A stretch of 63,864 bases of DNA, filler included, from Platydemus manokwari (lineage: Eukaryota), in the NCBI GenBank assembly GCA_037951405.1. It is 6 parts of 6 records of this genome, joined end to end, with 100 filler letters (N's around TTAATTAATTAA, not from the genome) between each part and the next. Parts side by side here need not be neighbours in the genome. Positions count along the whole stretch, not along the records: positions 19,056 to 28,143 come from JBBMOY011301429.1; positions 28,244 to 39,427 come from JBBMOY010848867.1; positions 39,528 to 54,129 come from JBBMOY011432532.1; 3 more parts are not named here. One strand, 5' to 3'. Below, in pieces: positions 26,211 to 40,290 of this stretch. Both the position numbers and the translations under genes were made by a program. Position 1 is the stretch's first letter, and each line of letters opens with the position of its first letter. The notes below the pieces were generated by a model. The model was given only the letters and a program-made list of their open reading frames with translations, ran no database searches and was not told where the DNA came from.

Positions 26211-27128
26211 ATGGATGCTGTTATATTGTTCCAAAATATTTTGTTATCCACATCTTTCGTCATTAATTTATCTTTTGGAACTGCAATATTCTTCTGTCCA
26301 TTTCAATCCCGAGTAACGTCATACTTAATTGCTCATCAAAGCATAATAGATGCAGCTGTATCCTTGATTAATCTTTTACTTAATACATTACCTGATTATG
26401 TTTTCGATGAACGTCGTGAGGTTCTAAATAAATTGATTTGTCATGTTTGGATCACCCAGTGGATATTTTGGAATACCGTGGTAATCTCTGTACATAATCA
26501 TGTGTGTATTGCATTTGATCGATATGTCGCTGTGATAAAAGCTTCAGTTTATCATGAGAAACAGAAATATATTCTGATTGGTTCCTTTGTTTATGTTTGG
26601 ACTATTACATCTATTTCTAATTTTCCTGGAACTTTACATTTCTATTACGTCAACAATACATGTCAACCAGTATCAAACATGAAAACGATGACAGTTTATT
26701 TTCTTGTAAAAATGTTTGGTATATTGTGGTTTTTAGTGTGTTATTTTTTACCTACATTATTTTTCATTTGCGTTTATAGTCGCTTGATAAAAATGATGAA
26801 AAAATTAAATTCATCTGGAAATGAAAATAGATTAAGAAATAAATTCACGTTATCAACTTTTATTATTATATGTTTTTTTATTATTTTATTTTCATATGAT
26901 AGCATATTGAATTTGTTGGGCTCTATTGATGTAGCAAGTTACGACATTGGGTCACCGACACAAAAGGTCGGAGTATTAATGATTACAATGAACAGTTTCG
27001 TTAATGTTCTTGTCCATTTGATATTTATGAGAAGTATGAGACAGAGGTATTTGAAATTTTATGTAAATTCATTCTGTCATTGCTTGAAAATTAGACGACA
27101 ATTTCGTGTAAGTGTTTTCACACAATGA
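26211..27128 (+). CDS. Intronless class A orphan GPCR, 305 aa, tandem paralog of 20493-21410
   Basis: Gap-free alignment with about 62 of 305 residues different by hand count (about 80% identity), same motifs. Confidence 0.92.
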   Translation: MDAVILFQNILLSTSFVINLSFGTAIFFCPFQSRVTSYLIAHQSIIDAAVSLINLLLNTLPDYVFDERREVLNKLICHVWITQWIFWNTVVISVHNHVCIAFDRYVAVIKASVYHEKQKYILIGSFVYVWTITSISNFPGTLHFYYVNNTCQPVSNMKTMTVYFLVKMFGILWFLVCYFLPTLFFICVYSRLIKMMKKLNSSGNENRLRNKFTLSTFIIICFFIILFSYDSILNLLGSIDVASYDIGSPTQKVGVLMITMNSFVNVLVHLIFMRSMRQRYLKFYVNSFCHCLKIRRQFRVSVFTQ

Positions 27129-28143
27129 TGTTATTTATTGTTTTATTTAATTTACAACAAACTGATGCGCTTATTTGTTTTTAAACATAGGAACAGTTTG
27201 TGGTGTCGTTAATCAAATTGTTAAGTTTTTGAAGGTATTTATATAAAATTAATAAAATTCTTTGGAAATAATGTTTTTTTTTCCAATTTTTATTAAAAAT
27301 ATCGCCAATTTGAAATAGTAACAAGAAATGAGCAGAAAATAATACATACACATTTTAATTAGAATTTAATTCAAAATCCAAAATAAACAATCAGTGAGAA
27401 CATTTTTCTTCGTCGTGACATCAGTAAAACTAATTATTTCTGTGTACACAACTTTGTATACGGGACCTTGTTTGTTCTATTCATATTAAAATATATTTGG
27501 ACATTGATACAACTTCCTATTTTTAAGAAAACCTATTAATAACATAAACTATTATTTCCATTTACTAAGGATATTGTTGATATCAAGTTAATATAATTAC
27601 GAGATGTGTTATATTTACTAAATTATTGACAAAGATTAATTGAAATGTGGTCAGAATATTATGTTGTTTTATTTTCATCTATAACTAAGAATGGTAATCA
27701 GTTATCGTTTGAATATATTTAAACAAGTTGCCAAATCTAAATTAAAATACTAATAATAATTTAAGGTTTATTCAAGTTTATTTCTACATAAAAATTAATC
27801 CTTATTTCAGTGTTATATTTATTTTCTCAAATCTATACCAATTTCATCAATATTGGCAAGAAATATTTGAACCTATTATAATGAAAATTGCGTTTAATAA
27901 TTTTAAGAATTTAATACTGAAAGAATTTAATAAACATATAAAATGTAAAAGATGAGAATAAAGTTTGGTAATGATTGATTATATCAAGTTGAAAATACTA
28001 TGAAATTCCTTTGCTTCCTTTATTGCAAATGGGTGAATATAAGATACAATTTTCCCACCTTCAGATGCTAATAGAACAAAAAAAAGATTGCTTAAAATAA
28101 TAACGGAATTTATTACATAAGTAATCGTACGTTAGTGGGTTGA

Positions 28144-28243
28144 NNNNNNNNNNNNNNNNNNNNNNNNNNNNNNNNNNNNNNNNNNNNTTAATTAATTAAN
28201 NNNNNNNNNNNNNNNNNNNNNNNNNNNNNNNNNNNNNNNNNNN
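28144..28243. other. Artificial 100-bp contig linker
   Basis: N44-TTAATTAATTAA-N44. Confidence 0.98.
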
Positions 28244-28449
28244 GTTCAGCGTTATAACAATTTGTGTTAATAAAATACCTGCATAAAAACATGAATAACT
28301 TTTGACTCAACCTGGTAGCTTTAAGAGCTACTGAGACTCCATTTATAATAGAATAAAATTATTATTTCACGAGTATTCCAAGCAAGAGCGGTGGATGCAC
28401 ACGTTAATGACTATTGTTTTCTGAACTGGTATTTCGAAATTGTACCATG

Positions 28450-30130
28450 AGTCGATTCTTGTTTGCTGATCAATTAGATGCAAGATTTTTGTTTGGAATT
28501 CATCCCATGGTGATTATTTCATTTAATAATTTAAATATTTCATTTACTCAACATTGATTTTCAAATATTATATCGAATTTTACTACAGTATTATTTAATC
28601 CCATCAATAATCCATCATTTCTCAGAAAATAGGTTGCGCATAATTTAATTGAATATAGATAACAATGATAACTTTATTACCGACGAATGGAAAATACCTA
28701 TGGCGACGGCAAATATAAAATGTACACCGTAATATTTTTAGTAGCACATTGACATGAATAAATTAATTTATACGTCATCCGAAGATCTAAATTGTTCTGG
28801 ACTGATTTTAAAATATTTTAAAAACAATAAATTTAAACTTTGGTAACTTAAGATTGTAAAAATAAAATTACTTTCATTGTTTTAATATTAATAATATTAT
28901 TATTATTGTTATTATTAATAATATTATTATAATTATTAATTCTATTATTATAATTAGTCTGGATTTCATTTTCTATGGATTAAATAATCATATTTTATCT
29001 GGATTAAATAAAGTAATTGTTGCAAGACACAAATCAATATTTATGCCATCAAAATAGCAAAATGGCTACTGTAAACATCATGATCGATAAAATTTTGTTT
29101 TCCTCCGTCTGTATCCTGAAGGTAGATTAAATTTTATTACCACTAGTATTCATAAAGGCATAAAATATTATCCTAACCTCCTTTGTTAAAACAACTTGTT
29201 ATCTAGAATAGTCAGCTTGAATATATGTGTGTTGTTCTTAAATATTGTCTGGTAGTCTTAGATTATCTGGGAAATTTACTAGACATATCGAAAGCACGGC
29301 AACTATTTATATTAACAATTATTATAATTTAGTATTATAATAATTTCCGTTATAATTATAAACTTTATTATTACTGCTCTCATTTTAATTTTTATTATTT
29401 TCATTAAATTGATGTCCGGTCTCTACTATTTTACAATCTTTTTTGACTATTAATGATTGATTGAAAATATTCTCATGATGCTTTTAATCAATATTATAAC
29501 TGTTATTATTTTTTGTCCTCATTATTTGAATTTATTATCATTATTACATTTCTTTTATTTATCAAGTTTCAATTGGAATTATCGATTTTCTGTGATCAAT
29601 ATTGGTTTATCCTTGTGTGTGTTACTGTGTAGTTGTGTAATTTTTTCGAATTAGAATCGTTCATTAGAGTCTCCTCTGAATGACCGGTTGCTATGCTTAG
29701 ATGGTTGTGTAAGTATGCATATTCTTAAGGTGACGAAATAAAGACTCCAAGATCCAAAATCGTTTTTCTTTTTGTGAAAATTCAACTTTAGTCATAATAT
29801 CAAGTGATTTATATCTAAAATATTTAATTTAATTTTCAATTTAATTTTCGACCAATCATTTCTCCTCTAAGGTATTGTAATTTCCCAGTTCTTTATTCTT
29901 CAATATTGTATCCAAAAATTAAAATGAATATTCTCTATTATCAGAGTAATTATCCTTATAAGTTTTCATAACGACTTTAATTAGATAATTGTTTTTATTT
30001 TGATGGATCATATCCACAAGTCTTTGGAAAAGACTGTCCGTATTTGGTACAAATTTGATATTCATGGATACATGTAAATAATTTATTCAACATTTATCCA
30101 ATTTCTCTTACCACATCGAAACTAATCAGA
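28450..30130 (-). mobile_element. Penelope-like RT remnants (fragmented)
   Basis: Minus-strand words FRSSDDV (RYVDD-like), VAIG (AMG-like), ATYFLRNDG and, near 29900-30090, CIHE-IKF and FLDT. Many stops and indels. Confidence 0.4.
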
Positions 30131-30898
30131 TATTTTCAGTTCCCTGAAAATTATTATTTGCTTCTCATTTATTCTGGATCGAATTAGCAATCATTATTCC
30201 GAATAAGTGGTTTTTCTGAGAGGATTTGAGAATTTATTTCGTTTGTTTGTTTTGAATTTTTGTTTTAATAATATTCTCAAATTTTCTTCTTTATATTTAT
30301 ATTCAATAATAACACTAATAATCGATAACAAATAATTTGTGTTTTCTTCAATTAATAATAAAATTCAATAAATCCAATATTTAAAAATGGAACAGTCACT
30401 TTGTTACCTTATTTTATTTCGGAATAATCGAGTCGTAGGCATTTATTCGATTCATTAATTTTTAAATGGACCCTTTATGCTATCACCAATATCTAATTAG
30501 TTTGCGCAAAAATCATAAAAAGTGAAACACATACCTTCAGAGATTCCTGGTTTGATGAATCAATTTCCTCAGTCAATGGATGTAATACTGTAATGGAATA
30601 CAACATAACACAAAATCACTCGTTGCTCTACCATGATCCCAGAGCATAAAATGTTTAAATTGGTTTGTACATCGTTTATTTGAAATTTTAATTTTCAAGT
30701 GCGATACTTGTTCGAATAAATGTCTTTAACAGATCAATTCAAATTATTATCAATTCAAAAGATACTTAAAGGTTAATTTTGAAGTTTTTTCTAATGAAAA
30801 TTAAGGTAGATTTTTGGTAAACACAAATACTAATAATAAATTCCACTTATCAAAATTACAAGCTGTGACTATTTGTATTTATTACGAATTTAAACTAG

Positions 30899-31244
30899 TA
30901 TGAGAGCATTTTAAATTAAAATAAATATTTTAAACATTTAATTTTGTATAAAATAACATTAATTTGTTTGAATTATTATATTTAAATATATAATTTAATG
31001 GCGCGTCCTTTCAGTTCATTTTTCATGCGTGATTTATAAAATAGTAGCGACATGCATGGTGTCCACACATCTGGATTCCATTCTGAGAAGATCAATGACT
31101 GAAAATTATGGAAAAGAAGGAGAAAGATGTTGAGATGATATAGAGAATAAAAAATAAGATGTAGAGGAGACATAAAAAGATTGGATTAATTTGTGTTTAC
31201 AGACCGTTTTCGATGCATGTTTTATAAAATATTAGCGGCTTACA
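30899..31244 (+). mobile_element. TRIM family A copy with partly deleted 3' half
   Basis: 5' LTR 30899-31056, PBS-like TGGTGTCCAC at 31057, internal ATCTGGATTCCATTCTGAGAAGA, and 3' end TTAGCGGCTTACA. Confidence 0.75.
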
Positions 31245-32756
31245 TTCTGTGTGTAGTCAGACTAAATAGAGAGTTTATTTATCGAAACAGCTACCAGGAA
31301 AAATTTTGGCTTTTATAATTGTTATCGTAGAGTCCAACTACCATAGACTTTGCTTGCATTGTATCAGCTTTATAAATTGTAGTTGAATATTTGTAGTTAA
31401 TGAAATTTGATTTTTATTGTACAATATAGGGCGAGGTGTTATATATACCAGATCAGTTTTATTTTAGATAATTTTCGTGGATTTCCTAAATAAAAACCAA
31501 TATATTTTAGAATTTACTTAATTATTCCAGAAATCCTAGCGTAAAAAAATCCGTAATCAGAAGCTGTAGTCAGTTAAGCTTTTAAAAAGAACCAGTTCGG
31601 TTATCAGTTAATAAATAAAATCCGTTGCCAAAATATGATGAAGGTTAATTAGCTGTGATAATTTTGCTAAATTTTCGATATAAATTGCTTATGATTGACT
31701 TGTTCGTGCAATAAATTTTTTATAAAAATGCTCTGCAATAACAATGTGAATTGGTGGTCAAATATCTCTTTCAGATTCATGTTCAAAGGGAATTGCAACT
31801 TAAACGTTATTTCTATTCCAAAAATTCAAAACTTTTCCCAGAAAATTTTAATCAATTTTATAATTTTGTGAAAAATTAAATTAAATTTTATAAATGACAA
31901 TCTTAATTCCCGAGATTGGAACAAAAAAACAATTAATTATTACATTAACAATTTAAGCCGTTATTCTCCGGGCTATTTTTATCTTCTTGCTTGGTTTACT
32001 GAGCCAGAACGAGTAAATAACTATTATTAGTCGAGTCACTGACTACAAAATAATAATCAAAAAGATACAAACATGGTATTATGTATGTTTACAACAAGAT
32101 GGTGTTTCTCATAACTACTGTAGGGGTGAACAGGCACTTTATTCTTTCATCGGTATGCCGATGGGAAGAGTTTAGAAGGCAATCAACATCGATTTCCTAC
32201 TAATAAGATGTACAAGTCGATATTATTCAAGTTGTACTCCTTTAAATACTTGGTAGTTTAATATCATTCTGATTGAAAAACCATTTCTCCTATTTTATAG
32301 TAAATAGTTTCACTTAAATTATTCTCGAATTATTTTTCTTAATACCATCAAATATAGTTAAATTTTGTGGGCTCGAATGAAGGTCAGATATTGTTACATT
32401 GTAATCTATTAAATATCTCCACAGATAAAAATATTTTAAGTTAGATTGAGAATTTCCGTTCGACTAATTATGATCACTGACAAAACATAGGTAAATGCTA
32501 ATTTTAGATGTCATTGTGATTCTCATTTTATTCCTTAATTCATATTTACCAGTTTCCAGAAATTTGAGAAAGTTTTATGACAAACTCAACAGATTATACC
32601 AAATAATTGAGTTCTTTTATATCTGGATTATGCAAGCGTTAATTTTAATGAAAAAACAATTTAGTTAAAAAACCTAAAATAAAATTGTTAGTGTATTGCA
32701 AAAATCGATATAATTTATTTAATTATATTGATTATAACCTTTTGAATTTTCCATTC

Positions 32757-33130
32757 AAGTATCTATAAAGAGTTTTAGTTGTTTAAAATCGAAAATTAAA
32801 TATACAGAAATATTGAATAAATTAAATAATAAATGATTATTAAATCTCTTAAACGTTGGTTATTGGACGTATTAAAATAGATCAAATTTATTGAAAATTA
32901 GCCAGGATCCTTTATTCAATATTCGAAGTAAATTGAGAAAACAAATTAATAATATGAGGCTATTAAACATGTCAGAAGTTTATTAAGCCAATTTATAATA
33001 AAAAACTTAAATTTGAGAAATCAAAAAACCTTATAGGGATGTCGTGATTAGAATAGAAACTTGGCTTATTTTGATAGTCAATGATATGGCATTTGTTTTG
33101 AATATGTTTTCCTGGATATCTTAAATCAGT
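32757..33130 (+). mobile_element. Dispersed repeat family B copy (Penelope-like)
   Basis: TTTTAGTTGTTTAAAATCG... and GTGATTAGAATAG shared with 2122-2700 and 53808-54129. Confidence 0.45.
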
Positions 33131-33896
33131 CTTCAAAACTTTGTTCATTAACGTGGCTCGGTTCACCTTTTAAATTACTTTACGAATCACCGAAACATAG
33201 AGATTTAAAACCAGAGTAATGATAAATAACTAATTCACATAATTAGAATTGAAATTAAAAATTTATATTTGATAATATTTTAAAATTATATCCAATTATA
33301 AAATTATATTAAAACTAAATTTATTATTCCAGAAATTTGTATTATTCATTTAAAAAATAATGAAAGTAATCTATTTTGATAATATTATTAATAACAGCCA
33401 TGCATATGATAATGATAGCGATCGTTTTAAATAATTTTATTATAATTATAATGTTCGATCTATCGGTAAGAATGTTTGTAAAACTTCTCTACAATCATTA
33501 TTCACAAGAATGATTAGGGGATTATATATGGAAGAGTATTTAAATTGTCATGGTTTCGTTATTATTATGGAGATATTCATAAATTTATAAAGCGGCGTGA
33601 TATAAGAAAAATTAATTTCGAAACATTTGATATATCCCAAACGGTCGTATTGACTGAGTTCGGCAGTCTATTGAGAATAGTTTCTCCTCAAGGGCAATTT
33701 CCGCATAAGATCCAGTTACCTTTAATTATAGCGTTACATGTTTAATATCCGTCGTCAATTGGAAACACTAGGCTATTGGTATGGGTACCATAACATATCA
33801 AATTTCTAAATATCATTTCTGTATCTTTAAAATTAAATGTGTTTGCTACGAAATTTAAACATGGTTTAAAATTATTAACAATGATCTTACTCTCAG

Positions 33897-34715
<819 letters not shown>

Positions 34716-37700
34716 CACTTACAATTCTATTCCAAAGATTTATGCCATTCTCTTGCTGATGTTGATTTATTTTCGTTATGTAAATAAATTTTTCATATAC
34801 CGCATTTTTGTCGTCTCAAAATTGTTATCAAACAAAAATCGTCAATATTTAATTTTCATCGAATTTCTCTGAAAATTTCTCAAACCGATTTCAAAATTTT
34901 ACCACTGAATTCAACTTACTGATTGTTTCTATTAATCATTTGAAATAATAACTTATCAGTAGCAAGAGCTTAATCAAAACAATAAATGTAATTAAATCGA
35001 TTTTTTGGTGTTGTATAAGATAAGGAGTTCTACCGGAACTTGCATCTTCGTTAATATCACATTAAAACGAAATTTTAAATAGCTGATTTTAATAATTTTA
35101 TTTTCTGATTATCCTATTGTAGGAAACAAATTTATTTTATTTTCATTTATACTTTGTTTCTTATATTTTGTTTATAAAAATATAGTCTTCGGGCTTCTTT
35201 CTCATGATTATTATTACCAATCTGCGACTAACTGTATTGCGTGTCATAATTTATCATTACCACAGCTTTAATTCCGAGAAAGATTAAGATTAGTTGAAGA
35301 TTATTAGTGACTATAATAATTTTGCAAAATAAATTTGAAATCTTTAACACCTACTAAGTGATTGCAAATTCGTCTCTGTACTGAAGTCTAACAAGCTAAG
35401 AGATAAATATTGAGCTTCCAAACTGAAATAAGCTATGGAAGGGAGAGGATTTGTTATTTAATTTAATTTAATTTAATAATAAAGTAATATAATTTTGCTA
35501 TGGAATGGCCTTCAGGTTGAATTGAAGAACGAATCCATACATTGATTCAATATAAGATGTTTCTTCTTGTTGGGATTCACACAATTAATTAAAATTTGAT
35601 TTGGCTTAATTCAATTATTGATTTGTAGACCTTATGTCATTCTTTGAAATTGTTTATGTGTGGGGGTTTCCAGAAAATTGAAAATACTTCAATGAATAAT
35701 AACATTATCTTTTGTCAAGCATCGATAATTCATTAAGCATGCAGGAATCATTCGCATGATTCATCACATTTGTGTAAAATTGTGTTTTCTGTTTATTGTC
35801 AAAACATATGTGGTCATTTATTGTGTCAATAATTTTTAACTGTAACGATATTCTCATGAACTGATATTTGTAAGAAATTTTATCAATTAATAATTTATAT
35901 TTTTATTTTTATCTGTTGACCAGAATTAAAAATAAATTAATTAAAAAATATAATAATAATTAAAAATTAATATATTAAAAGAATGATTAAACTAAAATAT
36001 TTTCAAAGCATCTTTCTATAATAATTCTAAATGCGATATAAAAACCTCGATGGAATTTGCAACTGAAAATAAATTAAGATATTAGTTTTAGCCGTTAATA
36101 TTAAAAGATTGTTCTCATTAAGTGGAATAACAATGAAACAATAAATACCCAAATTTCAAAGGAATTTATATGAAGTTGATGCAATAAATAATTGATTGAA
36201 GAGATAAACGCCCACGAAGAACAATCGTATAAATATGGAGAAGATCGGTGGTCGATGTCCATTAGTGCTTAAGAAACCCCTAGCTCAACTCTCGTTCGTA
36301 TACGTGATCAACTTTACAAGAAAATTTACCTCAATTTGTATGGAATTTTAGATTGCCACTTCATTTGCCAATAAGTCTAAAAGGCTAATTAAGTGGTAAT
36401 TCATATAAACTATTGATCTATATTATAATCATTGTTTATCTCATAATATGGAGATTTGTCTCAAATTTTTGAGGCAATTGGTTTTGCTCCAAAAGTGTGG
36501 GGTTTATTAACAGTCACTTGTTCCAAGAAGTTCTTAAGGTTCTCGTCACAGGATTCAATATATATATATATATATATATTGTATTTAAAAATCAATTTGT
36601 AACTTTTTATATTGGTGTTATATTGGTAGTTTGTTTACAATAAATGTTTTATTTATCCAGCGTTGTTTTTGATCGATTAAATTAAACTGAGACTGTCAAT
36701 AATATTAAGGCCCACGTTTCTTATTTTTGATATTATTCTAAGTTTTGATATTAAGACTGATAGTAAATTATTATGGTTTTCATTTAGCATTGTAGCGTGA
36801 TGTGAAGAATTAACTCTTACACGGTAAAATAACATCTGAGACCATAACCAGAAACTCACGGAAACTGATTAAGACAATGGTGATCTTAAATCCAAATCCA
36901 TTCAATAAAATATTAATACAAAAACCGTTAAGGCCCAAAGGCAACATATGTATATTTTTTGAGTAGTTTTTCAGTTGTACTTGTCGTCTCTCTCTTTTAA
37001 CACAAAAATATCTTTTAACACAACCATTTATTATCCGCTCATATTTATATACATATTGTCGACTTATAAATTATCTGAGTCTAACTCGGTTCTGATTATC
37101 TGTTTCCTATATGCTTAGATTCATACACATGATAGTGGTAATGTTGAACTCTATTCAAGACAATTAGTGATTCCGACAAAGAACTATTCTTGGCCGGTAC
37201 TCTAAACTATAGTCCGCCCTATTGGTACTACATATCAATACAGCAAGGGCTATCTTATGTCTATAATAAGCATTCAAACTCTACTGTGGAATTACAAATC
37301 ATAACAGTATTCCCACTTGATTCATTAAAAATTTGGCATCACTCGCAAATGTATTTTGTTATTAACAGTGAATATTTCTGCACAATTTTCCAGTGCTATA
37401 TAACGAAATTCAATATTATTTTTTTATTGTTTTAAATTCATTTTTTTCTCATACGCTGCATATTAGATAATCATTTACACGTGGATCCTGATCAACTTCT
37501 GGAATGGGTTACTGAAACCAAATCGATCCATTCAAGTTAGCACATGATACGCTTTTGAAATTTATATAGAATAATTATAGATTTTTATGCCTGAAATCAT
37601 ATGGCAGCGAGGATTATTAAAAAATTAATTAAAAAATTTGAAAAATGTAAAAATGAAATTTTAACTCAATATTAAAAGTTTAATTTAAAATAATAATATT

Positions 37701-38103
37701 ATTATTAAATTATTTTAAATTATTTTAAAATTATATAATTTATATTTATAAAATTCAAGTTCTGATGAACGCAGATATTATTTTTTTGCGGAATTGAAGA
37801 ATTAAGAGTAAGTTTGGAAACATTGTATCAATATAATCAATCCAACCGCATAAAGAATAGTTCCGGTTGAATGACTTGAAAACATTATCGATACATTGTG
37901 TATCAATTTTGCTAGTAAATGTATAATTGTAACAATCCTTTTATGGTAACAATTGTCTATGCATAAAATGTATCAATTTTATCTCGTTTAAGTGTATAAT
38001 TGTATCAGCTTTTATTTTGGAAAAAACAATGCAATGTTTTCATGTTGAATTGGAACAAGCTTTAAAGAATTAATTTTTTAATTGGAAAAACTTCTGGATA
38101 AAA

Positions 38104-38134
<31 letters not shown>

Positions 38135-38399
38135 TTGATTTTAAAGGGACATGGAAATGATTATGAAAAGTTATAATTTCAAGGATATTGTGCGATAATA
38201 GATAAATAGTTTAATATATTATATTATAATGATGACCTACAGTAGAAATTTTATTCCATAAAATTTAACATCAAATCCCCTTGGAATAAAATAAAATCTA
38301 CGAAATTATCTATAAAGCATGGCGATTAAAATCTAATCTCGAAATCGTATAAATAGGGGGATAAAACATCATAATTTTGCCCATTAATTTACTGAAATC

Positions 38400-38660
38400 A
38401 ACAGCCCGTAGTGCGTTAAGCCCTTTGTTATAAGAAACCACTAGAGAAGAAATTAATACATATTTGCCAGAAACATTCGTTCAAGTCGTTCATTTCAATA
38501 CTATATGCCATTGTAACGTGAGTTCGATCATTATATAACAAACTGATCGGTATTATAGACATCTCGAATATATTTTATTATCGAGTTTTATCTCATATCG
38601 TTGAAGGAGGTTTTGCTCCAAGAAAAGGAGTTTATGAACCGTGTCCTTATCCGGAAGTTT
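38400..38660 (+). mobile_element. Penelope-like GIY-YIG remnant
   Basis: ICHCN..II.QTDRYY resembles CxCxxxYIGQTxR. Shares GGTTTTGCTCCAA with 36481. Confidence 0.3.
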
Positions 38661-39099
38661 TGATAGGTACATTTCGTGTAAACTGCATTGTTATTTAACC
38701 ATTGTTTTATTTAGTGTTATTTGTAGTAATTTATATTGGTGTCCAAGTGTAACAACTGTTTTATCAATAAACTTTTTATAAAACCCAAATTGTCTTCATT
38801 GATTGAATTTAATAAAATCATTAGATCATTGTTGCCGTTTAGCATTGTCCTCATACAATATTAAACGCGAGTTTATAAAGAAATAATAAGGTTCAGTAGA
38901 TCGTACATCGAGCTTGATCAGAATTCGACCGAGACTGATTAAGACAACAGTGATTTACAACGAGTTAAAATTTGAGAAGAATAATAATCAAAAAAAATAC
39001 AAGCAAACCCGAAGCGCATCATTTTAAAACTCTATTAGAATGTTGTTTAAATAATGTGTTTAAAATCTTTATTGAAATTAATGTTTATGATAACTGTGT

Positions 39100-39386
39100 T
39101 ACCACTGTTGAGAGTGACTCTTAATGACTCTTATGTAGGAAAGGAATTGAAAAAATAATTGGCATGAATTATACCGTGAACTTTGTGAATCAAACGGCTT
39201 GAGCTCATACACAAGCTATCGAATCTGGCACGTCTAGGAGACGCATAATAAGCGTCAATGCGTAGCAAACACTGACCTTTAGTGGACAGCTACTTTTGTG
39301 GGTTTGTTCGGAGGCAAAAGTACCGAAATACGGACCTTTTCCAGCGAATTATTAATGACTTGGCCTATTTTCATCCTTTTCAATAA
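39100..39386 (+). mobile_element. Merlin (IS1016/IS1595-like) transposase C-terminal relic
   Basis: TVNFVNQTA*AHTQAIES...LVDSYFCGFVRRQKYRNTDLFQRIINDLAYFHP matches the Merlin pattern NFVDPxTGAHTQxIES..LDSYLxEFxWR..DxF..YP. Confidence 0.8.
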
Positions 39387-39427
39387 AAACTAAAAGTATT
39401 TGTTCCTTATACTCTGTTTTATAATAA

Positions 39428-39527
39428 NNNNNNNNNNNNNNNNNNNNNNNNNNNNNNNNNNNNNNNNNNNNTTAATTAATTAANNNNNNNNNNNNNNNNN
39501 NNNNNNNNNNNNNNNNNNNNNNNNNNN
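39428..39527. other. Artificial 100-bp contig linker
   Basis: N44-TTAATTAATTAA-N44. Confidence 0.98.
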
Positions 39528-39762
39528 ATGCCTGACATTCATAACCAAGATTTTTATATAGTCTTTTAAATTTCTTTTCTAACTTATTCATTTCATTTTC
39601 TCTTACTATTTCATCTACTATTTGATGAGTAGGTAAATTAGCCATATCAGAATATACTTCGTTTTTATGCTCCTTGGATTTTTCATGAGCTATTTGTGCT
39701 GTTTTTGTTTTAAAGTATTTATTACATATTTCACAGTAAAATACAGTTTTGGTTTCGTTCAT
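39528..39762 (-). CDS. N-terminus of a C2H2 (JAZ/matrin-type) zinc-finger protein, truncated by the linker, possibly the first ORF of a Polinton/Maverick
   Basis: FYCEICNKYFKTKTAQIAHEKSKEHK (C-x2-C-x12-H-x5-H). Open and intron-free up to the gap. Confidence 0.6.
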
Positions 39763-39831
39763 TTGTATATTTAGTTTTTTAATTAGCTTCTTTTTTTATG
39801 AATTTTTTTTGACTATTTTTTTTAATAATCA

Positions 39832-40009
39832 AGTGATGAGTAAATGGATAGTTAAATCCATTTATATTGTTTTTAAAATTGGTTGATTGCAAATTTGTGC
39901 AATTTTAGGGGTGGATGTGGTATGGGGGATAGAAAAATAGAGAGTTTTTTTTAATTGAAAATATGTTGGGTTGGGGGTGGTGGATTTAACTAGCCATTTA
40001 CTCACTACT
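39832..40009 (-). mobile_element. Putative Polinton/Maverick terminus with an internal inverted copy of its terminal 29 bp
   Basis: Minus strand starts AGTAGTGAGTAAATGGCTAGTTAAATCCA at 40009, with an inverted copy at 39832-39860 (26/29) and a C-rich spacer between. Confidence 0.4.
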
Positions 40010-40250
40010 AGGAACGAAATGAAAAATATATTATTTGATTTACTTCTTTAATATATAGGGAATCTGGAAAAGCACTGTTAGCTGGAAAACTTTAATTAAT
40101 CCAGATACAAAGTCCCCATTTTCTATTCGACCTTCAACATTTATTAATGTAAGATTTGTGATAATTAATATATTTTCGTATAAATGGGTTTCAGTAGTAT
40201 ATACTATATCATTAATGAAACCGATTATACAACAGATCCACAAATACTAA

Positions 40251-40290
<40 letters not shown>

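Noticed and set aside
37760-37810. Hammerhead-like CTGATGAACGCA...TGCGGAAT
   Set aside because: GAAT instead of GAAA, and no convincing stem I.
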